Below, piece by piece: positions 50,201 through 61,689 of a stretch of 63,116 nucleotides of DNA; within the stretch, counting starts at the first letter, position 1; every line of letters starts with the position of its first letter. Under the pieces are notes generated by a model. The model was given only the letters and a program-made list of their open reading frames with translations. It was not told the origin of the DNA and made no database searches. The stretch comes from Octopus bimaculoides (Eukaryota): assembly GCF_001194135.2 (NCBI RefSeq), contig NC_069004.1, forward strand, positions 33,546,000 through 33,609,115, in the 5' to 3' direction. Position numbers and translations under genes: made by a program.

Positions 50201-53200
50201 TTCAGAAAAGCAACAATCACAGAGGAATAAGAATTTTGGCGCCAAATGGTGATTATCATTATTATTATTATTATTATCATTATTATGAGACAATACAAAG
50301 AGCGTGATGCGATTGCAATTGTAGTTTCATTGGTTCAATGATATTTCGACAGTTAGCCTGTTTTCGTCGAGTTCCTAATGAAAAGTGATAAAAATTGAAA
50401 ATTCAAAGAAATTCAAATCCAAAATATGACCGAGAGCAATGTGGGGGACACTGGTTGCCCTCGTTCATATTTTGGATTTGAATTTCTTTGAAATTTTATC
50501 CCTTTTCATTTTGAACTCAACAAAGAAAGGTTAGCCGTTGAAATATCGTCCAACCAATAAAACATCCATTGTAATCGCATCACACTCTTCGTATTATTTA
50601 TTCACCTTTGTGACGAGTTATGTCAATATTTTTATCGTTATTCTTCTCCCTGTCACCCTTTTCACCCATCAAGGAAAAGGGGACATAAAACAATGATGGT
50701 TGTAACTACAACACACACATATACATACATATCGAAGGTGTGTAGTTTTGTGGTTCGGGTATTTGGCTCATGGTGCTAAGGTTGCGAGTTCGATTCCTGG
50801 TGGTGTGTTGTGTCCTTGAGCAAGACGCTTTATTTCACATTGCTCTGATCCACTCAGATGGCAAAAATGAGTGGTACCTGTAATTCAACAGGGCCAACCT
50901 TGTCACATTCTGTGTCATGCTGAATCTCCCTGAGAACTATGTTAATGGTATGCGTGTCTGTGGAGTATTCAGCCACTTGCACGTTAATTTTATGAGCAGG
51001 CTGTTCCTTTGATCAGATCAACTGGAATAGATATATATATATGCACACATACACATACGCGCATACATATGTTATATCTATTCTTTCATCCTCCCCATGA
51101 CTTAATTGCGATGCTTCACACACACACAACCCATTACCTGTACAAAACTGGAGGAATTACTTCTGATATTTACTTATGTATCTCTTTATTTTTAATTTTC
51201 AGAGCTTGACTTGTCGAAAGAGGGAACATTCGTACAGGAATATATATCAGAACCTTTGCTAATAGATGGACAGTGAGTTGGGGCTTTTTTCTTTTCCCCT
51301 GAATCTGAAGGATATTCCCATTCAAGCGGAAGCCGTAGACAGCTGCACACACCTGGATGAGGGTTTCAAGTGCTTGAAGAATAGATTTTACAATTATATA
51401 TCTCCTTGCTCCTAGGTTGAATTACACAAGGCTTTTCATCTAGTCCAATGGTTCCCAACCATTTTTCTCCTCTGGATCGCATTTGGTTTCTATTTTACTT
51501 GTGTGGATCCTCATAGCCATTCCATGTTTAAGGAATCTTATTTTATTTTTATAATTAAATATTATTTGGAAATGTATTAAAAAAAAAAATGTTAAAATAT
51601 TTTATGCCTTGTAGAAGTATAACCAATTTATTGGTTATACTTTATTTATTTAAACAGTAACATTGAATGTCATATCAACATTAAACCAATGCCTGAAAAC
51701 TTCCCCTGCTTTTATTTTCCAGTAAGTTTGACATTGGTGTCTATGCTGTCCTGACGTCCATCAACCCAGTCAGAGCATATGTACTTGAAACAGAAGCACT
51801 GTTTAGGTAAATCAAACTCTTTGTTTCCATATTGTTAATATTGTCATTGTAAGGCAGTGGTTCCCAGCCTGTGGTCCACAAAAGTAGTACTGGGGTCTAC
51901 TCCTTTACTTGTTTCAGTCATTTGACTGTGGCCATGCTGGAGCACCGCCTTTAGTCGAGCGCAAATCGACCCCAGGACTTATACTTTGGAAGCCTAGTAC
52001 TTATTCTATCGATCTCTTTTGCCGAACCACTAAGTTACAGGGATGTAAACAAACCAGCATCGGTTGTCAAGCGATGTTGGGGGGACAAACACATACACAC
52101 AAGCACACACACATATATATACATATATACGATGGGCTTCTTTCAGNNNNNNNNNNNNNNNNNNNNNNNNNNNNNNNNNNNNNNNNNNNNNNNNNNNNNN
52201 NNNNNNNNNNNNNNNNNNNNNNNNNNNNNNNNNNAGATACGGGGTAGGACCGCCTTTGGCAGTAATTACAGCTTGAATTCTACAAGGTATGGACTCGTAC
52301 AAAGTTAGAATTTTTTCCAAAGGAATTTTTGTCCCTTCTTCAGCTAAAACAGTCTCCAGTTCTTGTAGTGATGATGGTGGAGGGGTCCTTGGGAGTGAAA
52401 AGATTGGGGACCACTGTTTTAAGGTAGAATCATTACCGCACAGGGCCAGATGTTCAGTGGTATTTCGTATGTCTTTACATTCTAGAGTTCAAATTCCACC
52501 CAGGCCAATGAAATAAGTACCAGTTGAATACTAGGGGTCAATGTAATCAGCTTACCCACTCCCACGAATTTGCTGGCATTGTGCCAAAACTTGAAACCAA
52601 TATTGTTCTTGTAGTTATTGTTGAGTAGACCCAGTTCTGCCTTCTTCAAACATATCCATGATCAAAGGCCTTCCAGCCATGGCCAAACATTTCATATTTT
52701 AAAGGCATCGTGCATCTAAGAGTGAAGTACATTACCCTATCTCCCTATTTTTTACAAAACAGTAATGGTGTGTGCTTTGAGATTGCATTAGCTGCTATGT
52801 TTAGCAAATCAAGGGAACACAATGTCACTTCCCCTGTTGTTATCTGCTTTTAAACATTGTTGTTGTTGTTGCTGTTGCTGCTTAGCACTTGTGTTAGCCC
52901 TGTTTCAGTAGACCCATGATCAACTGCATTCCGACCATGACCAACCCACCTCATCTTAGTTTCAAGTCTCTTGTAACATCTGATGTTCTTTTTCCTTCTG
53001 CTTCCAGGTTCTGTCCAGTGAAATATTACCCGTTTGATGCTTCTAACGTCGACAAATATGTTGTAGGGGACATTTACACCGCTCTATGGAAGGTAGGCAA
53101 GGATTCTGTTGAGGCTAGTACCAAGCACAGTGTGTTCAGTACTGAGACATGGTTCTTGAGCTGTGTTACACTTGATTTATTTTCTTAATAGAGTGTCAGA

Positions 53201-55860
53201 AATCTGACACAATTTCATGAATCTACATGTGTGACTGTGACACGAGTGATACATATGGAGTCTCATGACTGTGTGTGACACTGTGTTACAAAAGTAACAG
53301 ATGCATAAAAATTGCTGGTGTGAATGTTGTGAGGTTATGTTGTGACCTAACAACTACAGAACTTGAAAGTGAAACAAGAGACTGAAGTACTGCTGCTACT
53401 CTGTGACTGTTGAGGTTGCAGTATCATGACATTGACATGACTGATGACTGACGATGGATGATTGGTGACTAATTATATAGCAATAATGACGACATAGCAA
53501 TGATTGGTGATTGATGACAAAGCGATAATAATGATATGGCAATGGCATGACTGATGATTGATGATATAGCGACCGGGTCATTAGAGTGTTAGATAGAATG
53601 CATCACAGTATTTGTTACATTTATCTGTGCTGTGAGTTCAAATCCCACAGCAGCCAATTTGACATGTCTGTGGAGTACTCAACCACTTACACGTTAATTC
53701 AGGGGCAGATAATTCAGTAAATCACACAAATGAATCCTCATTGTTGAATGATGGAATTCCAACACTGGTATCTATGGTTTCCTGCCATTGAAAGAGATAC
53801 CATTGGTATGACCCTATTGGAAGATGCTGTCAAAGTTTCCATTCAAAGAATTGGTACAAGTTTGGCAGCATGTGGTGTACATGCTTCTGGTAAATGGTAT
53901 ACGGTTGGGGAGTGTTAGGGAAGAATGGAGGGTTTATATAAAGATGAACCATGTTATAAAGGTGTTCAAATAAAGAATATATTTCTGAATGTAAAATATT
54001 TTATATTTCCAGATACCAACATTCTATAAACTCTACAAAGAACGTGGTTTTACATTCAAAGAATCATTCAATTATTATTTGAAATCTCAAGGTAACAATA
54101 AACTTTCACCTCTCTGTCTTTTTCTTTTTCTCTCCCCCACTCAATCCCTTAATTCTCACTACGATCATGGTTGGGCATTCACGACAAAGTCTCTTTGCAA
54201 TTCACAATTTTCCATCGTTCCTGGCAACTACTCCTTACTCAGATTTGGATTGTCTTCTGAGAGTTGGTCGAGGAATATTCAAATACGTTTTCCTCTGCTG
54301 CATCTCCATGAGTTGGTTCTCCCAACATTAGTTTGTGTACAACTTCTTTCTTCAAAAATATATATATGTATGCATGTGCGTGTGTATATATATACACACA
54401 CACGTGTATATGTGTTGGCGTATATACATGTGAATGTGTGCCTTTCAGCGTATGTGTGTGTGTGTAGGTAGATGCAGTGTGAAAAAGAGAAGTGAGAGAA
54501 AGTGTGTTTCACTCCACCCGCACACACACACACACACATATAAAGATGTACACAATAATTCTGTTGACTAAACGGCCTCCAAATCCAAACAAACTTTCCG
54601 TTATTTTTGAAGGGAAAATCTTAAATATCCGAATATATTGGCTAAAGTCTCCGTTATTTGTGAACCGGAGATCAGTTGAAAACTAATGAAGACAAAAATA
54701 TCAATAATAAAATCTAAAGACAAATGTATCAAGAGAGATAACTCTCCTTTGAAATTTGTCTTTAGAATGATTATGAGAAGTTACGAAGTTATTTCCCTTG
54801 GTAATTTGAAATTTCTTGTTTCCTAAGAATTACCGTATTTGATGGCATAAAAGACAGTGGCATATTAGAGGCAAACTTTCCTCTCGGGGTCGATAAAATA
54901 AGTACCAGTTACGCACTGGGATTGATGTAATCGACCTAATCCCTTTGTCTGTCCTTGTTTGTCCCCTCTATGTTTAGCCCCTTGTAGGCAATAAAGAAAT
55001 AAGAAACGTTAGCACGATGGGTGAAATGCTTAGCGGTATTTCGTCTGCCCTTACGTTCTGAGTTCAAGCTGGTCGTATCTGACTAAGATATTCCACCTAC
55101 TTTATAGTCAAATTGACTAGATCAGGCCTCTTACGCCTGCCCTACTATGTCAGTCTAAAACCCTTTAATCAAACTCCTGAAGCTATCAGATAATGAGTAA
55201 TTAATTCAAAACAATGTGAATAAATAAACAATATATTCGACTGAGTAATCAGTATGCTAAAGGCTTACGTTTAATTATGAATAATGAATATTGAATTTAA
55301 ATTTTGGCACAATGCCAGCAATCTCGGTGTTTAACTGGTATTTATTTCACCAACACCAAAAGGATGAAAGGCAAAGTTTACCTCGGAGGCATTTGGGTTT
55401 GGAATTGAAATAATGAAGACAAATTTAATTATGTTTCTTATAATTAATTATAATTTAATTATATTGACATAACAAGTAAATGAACTGAGATATTACACAT
55501 CAAAAGTAATTAGTGATAGGAAAGAAATTAACAAAACTCAATACTATATATATATAATGAAGAAATAAATAGGATAATTATCCTCTTATACAGTACAACT
55601 AATTAGTGCTCCAATAAAGCCTCAGGAATATAAATCCAGGAAAGAGAGAATAAATTTCAAAGGTCAGAGTTCATATTCCCTCAATATATTTCAAAGTGTC
55701 AGAATACTCCACAGCATACATAGGTCTGATCTTGATCTGAAATTGTGTGTTGAAACAGATTTTGCTGTGTGTGTGTATACACACACACACATACTTTATG
55801 TATGTATGTATAATTTATATTAAAATCTTAACTGTAATTAAGATAAATTACTTCTTACAA

Positions 55861-55894
<34 letters not shown>

Positions 55895-58800
55895 CCGCTT
55901 AGCTTGAAACGACCAGCTGTTTTAATAAAACTTAATTAATCTGTTCTGTTAGTTTATTTAAAAGATAATCTGTTATGTTAATTAAAATATAATTAAGCTG
56001 GTGTTGGACTTGAAACGTCAGCTGTTTCCATTTACACAAAGTGATTAGAGAAGGATAATTTGAATAAANNNNNNNNNNNNNNNNNNNNNNNNNNNNNNNN
56101 NNNNNNNNNNNNNNNNNNNNNNNNNNNNNNNNNNNNNNNNNNNNNNNNNNNNNNNNNNNNNNNNNNNNNNNNNNNNNNNNNNNNNNNNNNNNNNNNNNNN
56201 NNNNNNNNNNNNNNNNNNNNNNNNNNNNNNNNNNNNNNNNNNNNNNNNNNNNNNNNNNNNNNNNNNNNNNNNNNNNNNNNNNNNNNNNNNNNNNNNNNNN
56301 NNNNNNNNNNNNNNNNNNNNNNNNNNNNNNNNNNNNNNNNNNNNNNNNNNNNNNNNNNNNNNNNNNNNNNNNNNNNNNNNNNNNNNNNNNNNNNNNNNNN
56401 NNNNNNNNNNNNNNNNNNNNNNNNNNNNNNNNNNNNNNNNNNNNNNNNNNNNNNNNNNNNNNNNNNNNNNNNNNNNNNNNNNNNNNNNNNNNNNNNNNNN
56501 NNNNNNNNNNNNNNNNNNNNNNNNNNNNNNNNNNNNNNNNNNNNNNNNNNNNNNNNNNNNNNNNNNNNNNNNNNNNNNNNNNNNNNNNNNNNNNNNNNNN
56601 NNNNNNNNNNNNNNNNNNNNNNNNNNNNNNNNNNNNNNNNNNNNNNNNNNNNNNNNNNNNNNNNNNNNNNNNNNNNNNNNNNNNNNNNNNNNNNNNNNNN
56701 NNNNNNNNNNNNNNNNNNNNNNNNNNNNNNNNNNNNNNNNNNNNNNNNNNNNNNNNNNNNNNNNNNNNNNNNNNNNNNNNNNNNNNNNNNNNNNNNNNNN
56801 NNNNNNNNNNNNNNNNNNNNNNNNNNNNNNNNNNNNNNNNNNNNNNNNNNNNNNNNNNNNNNNNNNNNNNNNNNNNNNNNNNNNNNNNNNNNNNNNNNNN
56901 NTGTCGATACCTTTGACCTCAGTACTCGACTGGTATTTTATCGATTCTGTTGCTTTGTTTTCCAGAAACTTCTTTGAATTGGTCCGATTTGATTTTGTTC
57001 TTGACAAAGACTTTAACATTTATTTGATGGAGGTAAGTGGCATCATGTTCATTCGAATAACATTGGAAAGAAACACCTGTATCATCTTGTAGGATTACAA
57101 CGAGTTGTAGAGTGGATTTCACCTGGTTGTAGAGAAGTGTTTGTGGAGCTGTACCTGGATGTTGAGGTGCAGATGGCTGTAGAACTGAATTCTGGTTATA
57201 AAGCTGAACCTGGTTGAAGTGCAGAGTCGTGGCTGCTTATAGTATTGCAGGTGGTTGCACCTTGGAGTTGATTGTCGAGATGCAACTGCAGATAAAGCTG
57301 CAGTTGCATCTAGTCGTGGAATTGCAGTGGCAGCCATTTTGTTATGTCTTGGGTGGCTCATTATGCCAATAACAAACACATGCACTGGTTCTGTTTTTAC
57401 TTCATTTATTATTATTGTTTGTCAATTTAGGGTGGTGCACTGGCAGAATCATTAGCAAAATGCTTATCAGCATTTCGTTCTGAGTTCAAATTCTTCTGAG
57501 GTCGACTTTGCTTCTCATCCTTTAGGGGTCCATAAAGTAAGTACCAGCTGAGTGCTGGGGTCGATGTCATTGAGTTGTCCCCCTCCCCTGAAATTGCTGA
57601 CTTTGTGCCAACATTTGAAACCAATATTTTCAAAAGCGTAATTATATCATACCTTAGCCCTCATCTCCCTCACTCAGGGTCCATAGTCAACTTCATTTTT
57701 CCAGGTGGCATGAAAAATGCACCCAGCACAGTCTGTAAACTGGTTGGCATTAGGAAGGGCCTCCAGCTGTAGAAACCATACCACAGCAGACAATGGAACA
57801 CAAAGTGGTCTTTGGACTGATGAGACACTGTCAAACTACCTGACCCATACCAGCATGGAACATGGACGTTAAATGATGACAGTTATGAATTCATTCTGTA
57901 AAGAGGATGTGAGACACAACTTACCCTGGACAGGTCACTAGTCCACCTCAGATGACATTCAAATACATTCATTACACCTGACCATATGATGTACCTGTTC
58001 AGTTCTTAGTTCTAATTTTCTACCATTTAAGAAGATGAGAATTAAATCTATTTTTGGACAGGTTTTAAGTCTATCTTAGATAACAAGCAAAGCCGTGTAT
58101 CTTGTCTGATCGTTCATAAATATGATATTGATCTCTGATTTTAATATTTTCCAGGCCAACATGTCACCAAATCTATCATCTCGTACTCATGAAGAGAATG
58201 CTCGACTTTACGAACATGTAATTTTTAATATGTTGAGTGTGGTGGGTATAGCTACAAGAGCAGCCCTAAACTTCCCCAACATGTAAGTACAAGAAAGAAG
58301 GGAACAGATCATGCCCCCTCCTTTAGTTTTCTGTATTTTTTGTGCTCCATGTAAATCTCTGCTTATACAGTAATGTTCAACTTCTGAATATTTTCAGGGG
58401 TTTTTTCACTCTCTCTCTATATATATTTATATGTGTATATATATGTATGTAGATTTTATATAACAAGCCCAAACGTGTTTATTTGTTTACTTGCATTATT
58501 ATCTTATCTATCTATACCCATCCATCTGTCTACCTGTCTCTCTATCTCTGGCGTCACGTAAGTGGCACCCCTGCCAGTGGCATGTAAAAAGCACCCATTG
58601 AAATCTTAGGGCGGTATCATTAAGAAGAGCATCTAGCTATGGAAACCATACCAAATCAGACTGGAACCTGGTACAGGTCTCCGGTTTAGCAGTTCCAGTC
58701 AAACCATCCAACCATTACCAGCATGGGAAGCAGTTGCTAAATGATGACGACGACCTACCAAATTCATCCACAAAGCTTTGGTTGGCCCAGCCATATCATA

Positions 58801-60300
58801 GAGGACACCTGACCAATGTGTCACGTTTTTTTTTTAATATTAGTTTTAATTGCTTTTCTTTTAATTAAACTAATTGATGAATCTGTAACTCTTTGTCTTG
58901 TTCTTCTGCAGAGTCCTCGATGACAACAACATGGAGGTGTCTGACGCGGACATCAATGTGTTCAGTGACCGATGTATGGCACCAGAATGTAAAGCATCAA
59001 ATTGTACATTATGGGTGAGTAAATAAACATTACCATCCTCCCCGCCAACACTCAGTTATAAATCTGAGTCTGGTTGCTGGAAACTGTTCAGAAGCCTGCT
59101 TTGTATATAACTAATAACGCTTACTACTCATGATTCAATACTAAAAAACAAAAGACGTGGCCATGTGGACAGAAGTTTGCTTTCCAATCACACGTGTCCA
59201 GGTTCAGTCCCACTGTGTAGCACTTTGAGTAATTGTCTTCTACGATAACCCTGGCCTGACCAAAGCCTTGAAAGTGGATCTAGTAAATGGAAACTGAAAG
59301 AAACCTGCTGTGTGTATGTTTGTACCACCACCACCACCACCACTTGATAATCGGTGTTGATTTGTCTATGTCCTTGTAAATTAGCAATTCAGCATAAAAG
59401 ATCAGCAAAAAATAAATACTGGGGCAAATTCATTCAACTAAAACCCCTCAAGGTAGTGCTCCAGCATGGCCGCAGTCCAACGACTAAAACAAGTAAAAGA
59501 TGAAAGGCAAAAAGATTAACAGGACCTGAACTCAGGACATAAAGGGTCAAAAGTAACACTCCACTCACCGTTTTGGCTGCCATTCTATGTAGTCTGTGTA
59601 AAATATTCGATAAAGCCAATTAAAACCAACAACATCTCTAATTGTGGTTTCTGTTTCTTGTTTGATGCCAGAAATGTCGGCTGTGTAATTATTGTATGAC
59701 ACCCAGAGAGAAACTCATTGCTAAAATGGCCTACTTGGAACACATCAACCGAGGAAATACAAGACGAATCCTCCCCCCCGTGGCCGTAAGTCTTTAGAAT
59801 TACTTTTCTTTTATTGCATTACTATATTTATATATCAGCTGTACACTGTCAATGTAATGTGACAGTCCCAATAAGGGAATCATACTTCTGCTATTTATCC
59901 CTAGGAAGCTGGACCGCTTCCTGTCGGCCTTGACACATTTCCTGTGTCCTTATATTTGTGAGGGGGAGACAAGCACCCCCACCCAGCCCAGCCTGCATTC
60001 AGGGACATGTTTCTGAAGTAGCATGACCAGCTGGCTGAAGATGTCTGTCAACCTTTCGCAAATATATATATTTCTAGTGAAAACACATTCACTGATTACA
60101 AAAATTAGAAATGGTCTAATTATAAATCTCACAGAGAGACTTAAGCAGCAGTTTATATTTAAAATTTTTTTTTGCAGGACACAGCTGAAGAATTGGCCAT
60201 TTTGACCCAAACTGAAATCTCTCAAAAGAGTGAAGAGAATAAATTTATGGCATTATGGTTTCTTGGACAGTGCCAAAGAGATGCAACTTGGTGCCATTAG
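43282..60300 (+). CDS. ttll-15: TTL/TTLL-family ATP-grasp ligase, TTLL15-like, with N-terminal signal anchor; one internal exon missing (likely in N-gap)
   Basis: Exons 43273-43316 (ATG 43282), 46603-46954 (second ATG 46628), 48059-48214, 49253-49372, 50173-50248, 51203-51272, 51723-51806, 53008-53092, 54013-54091, [missing], 56966-57032, 58155-58282, 58912-59014, 59672-59785, 60178-60300. Motifs WDVLW, VNHFPGSG..TNK, WVQKSNNHRGI, VQEYISEPLLIDGHKFDIGVY, ELVRFDFVLD, LMEANMSPNL. Confidence 0.9.
46603..46954 (+). CDS. ttll-15: TTLL15-like exon: signal anchor and Asn/Asp/Pro-rich stem
   Basis: MRLLNRLSSLVLIILFASVLLIVMNVVVLHK...PTLWVHAKK; tttcag acceptor, gtaaag donor. Confidence 0.9.
47262..47475. 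repeat. Near-perfect inverted repeat, 92-nt arms, 30-nt loop
   Basis: 47262-47353 versus 47384-47475: two mismatches, both G-U wobbles in + strand RNA. Confidence 0.95.
48059..48214 (+). CDS. ttll-15: TTLL15-like exon (LESGYLQHVF...WDVLWSHEYPF...KPGQK)
   Basis: 156 nt, phase 0-0, ctttcag / gttagt. Confidence 0.92.
49253..49372 (+). CDS. ttll-15: TTLL15-like exon (VNHFPGSGYITNKVSL...)
   Basis: 120 nt, phase 0-0, TTL-family NHFPG motif. Confidence 0.95.
50173..50248 (+). CDS. ttll-15: TTLL15-like exon (IKRFPNKLWVQKSNNHRGIRILAPN)
   Basis: ATP-binding Lys motif WVQK...RGI; ttgcag acceptor, gtgatt donor. Confidence 0.9.
50292..50596. repeat. Long imperfect inverted repeat (~145-nt arms)
   Basis: aatacaaagagcgtgatgcgatt...ttcaaagaaattcaaatccaaaatatga pairs with tcatattttggatttgaatttctttgaa...aatcgcatcacactcttcgtatt. 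Confidence 0.85.
50735..51025 (+). mobile_element. tRNA-derived SINE, family c (gttcgattcc...gtccttgagcaagac...ggatcaactggaa)
   Basis: B-box head; the 3' part recurs at 3180-3370 and 53660-53700. Confidence 0.75.
51203..51272 (+). CDS. ttll-15: TTLL15-like exon (ELDLSKEGTFVQEYISEPLLIDG)
   Basis: TTL motif VQxYI..PLLIDG; tttcag / gtgagt. Confidence 0.95.
51723..51806 (+). CDS. ttll-15: TTLL15-like exon (KFDIGVYAVLTSINPVRAYVLETEALF)
   Basis: TTL motif KFD.xVY..LTS..P; ttccag / gtaaat. Confidence 0.95.
52235..52320 (-). mobile_element. Tc1-like transposase C-terminal fragment
   Basis: LYESIPCRIQAVITAKGGPTPY matches the Tc1 C-terminus (L..SMP.RI.AVI.AKGG.T.Y); truncated by an N-gap. Confidence 0.85.
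53008..53092 (+). CDS. ttll-15: TTLL15-like exon (RFCPVKYYPFDASNVDKYVVGDIYTALWK)
   Basis: RFC..Y motif; ttccag / gtaggc; phase fit. Confidence 0.92.
54013..54091 (+). CDS. ttll-15: TTLL15-like exon (IPTFYKLYKERGFTFKESFNYYLKSQ)
   Basis: ttccag / gtaaca; phase 0 to 1. Confidence 0.88.
56069..56901. other. Assembly gap (N-run) inside the TTLL15-like gene
   Basis: Other gaps: 10554-10563, 28248-28528, 30488-31387, 39303-39312, 39718-40389, 52147-52234. Confidence 0.99.
56966..57032 (+). CDS. ttll-15: TTLL15-like exon (NFFELVRFDFVLDKDFNIYLME)
   Basis: Matches TTL FEL.GFD..LD...WLLE motif; ttccag / gtaagt. Confidence 0.95.
58155..58282 (+). CDS. ttll-15: TTLL15-like exon (ANMSPNLSS...NMLSVVG)
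   Basis: Completes the catalytic ExN motif (E-ANMSP); ttccag / gtaagt. Confidence 0.93.
58912..59014 (+). CDS. ttll-15: TTLL15-like exon, start of Cys-rich tail
   Basis: VLDDNNMEVSDADINVFSDRCMAPECKASNCTLW; ctgcag / gtgagt. Confidence 0.88.
59672..59785 (+). CDS. ttll-15: TTLL15-like exon (KCRLCNYC...RRILPPVA)
   Basis: 114 nt, phase 0-0; gccag / gtaagt. Confidence 0.88.
60178..60300 (+). CDS. ttll-15: TTLL15-like last coding exon (...FMALWFLGQCQRDATWCH*)
   Basis: tttgcag acceptor, in-frame stop at 60298-60300. Confidence 0.88.
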   Translation, partial: DTAEELAILTQTEISQKSEENKFMALWFLGQCQRDATWCH

Positions 60301-60389
60301 CATAAAACCATTTATTCATCCCAAACATGATGCTGCTTATGTCTTAAGATGTCCTTGGAATATTACCAACAAGAAACCCACATACACTT

Positions 60390-61345
60390 ATAAGGTACCT
60401 CTCTGTTCTATGAGGTACCTATAGATGCTCAATATTGCCTACAGGAAACTTATATGTTCTTAAGGTACTATACGTACCCAATATGATTCTCTAGGCATTA
60501 CAAGAGAAACAATAAACTATAAGTATCTCATAAGATGTCTTGAGGTACCCTGAATGATCTATGAGGTACCCTGAATGATCTATGAGAAACCTAATGTACT
60601 TATAACGTACATATGTTCTATAAGGTACTCAGAGGAACTAAATGTGAGTCACAAATCTATAAGGTACCTATAAGATATCTAGAGATACTCAGGGTAACTG
60701 GATATTACTTACAAACAACTATATTACCAACAAGATATGTCATTCTTCCATAAGGTACCTATCAGCACAGAAAATATTGTTGCTTGTGCAGAATCAATTT
60801 GTACAAAGAGGTACTCAATAACGCATACTGGAAACCTACATGTACCAATCAGGTACCACTGTTCTTGAAATACAGTGAGTATTCTCAGAGATACTCAGTG
60901 TGAGATCTTGGATATTACCTGCAAAATGCTTATAAGTACCTATTATATAAGGTACCTTGGCTACTTAATGTGAGCACTTGGATATGATCTACAGATAACA
61001 AGACTATATGCATCTTAAGGTACCTCAGCTCCTCAGGGTACCTATAGCAACTGCATATCACTTAATAATAGCTATATGTACCTACATGATAATAAGGTGC
61101 ATATAATGTTTCTTTATTTCCTATGGAAACTCCTATGTACATATATGGTACCTGTGTTTTATAAGGTACTTATAGGTGCTAAGTGTGAATGCTTGGACAT
61201 TTATTTACAGACAACGAACCTATGTGCACCTGCAAGGTACACCTCTATTGTATATGGTACCCATGGGTACTCAATATGGCCTATAACAAATCTGTAATCA
61301 CCTGTCAAGTACCCTTGTTCCACTAAACAGTACCTCAAGGTACTT
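60390..61345 (+). repeat. Degenerate GGTAC-rich repeat tract
   Basis: About 19 GGTAC motifs by eye count in ~950 bp; includes an exact 20-bp tandem duplication near 60543-60583. Confidence 0.75.
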
Positions 61346-61384
61346 AATGTTGCCTCTTGGCTCCTTGTCAATCACCAAATATGA

Positions 61385-61605
61385 AACTGCTCATCAATCA
61401 CATACATGACTGACCTCAGGTCACTCACCACTCACTCACACATAAGTGACTTCAGGTTATTCACACGCACCGTTCAGTCACACATATAACTGGCCTCTGG
61501 TCACTCATCAATCATATGCATAAATGGCCCCTAGTCACACATCAGTCACATACTTGATTGACTTCAGGTCACTCATCAATCGTACACATAACTCACCTTA
61601 GGTTA
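61385..61605 (+). repeat. Degenerate ~33-bp minisatellite (gacttcaggtcactcatcaatca)
   Basis: Several imperfect units of tcaggtcactcatcaatcacacata. Confidence 0.7.
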
Positions 61606-61639
61606 TTATTTCATTTAGCATTACAACCTATGGGTAACG

Positions 61640-61689
<50 letters not shown>

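Noticed and set aside
55895-56030. Two GAAACG.CAGCTG motifs as hammerheads
   Set aside because: No CUGANGA box or stem II.
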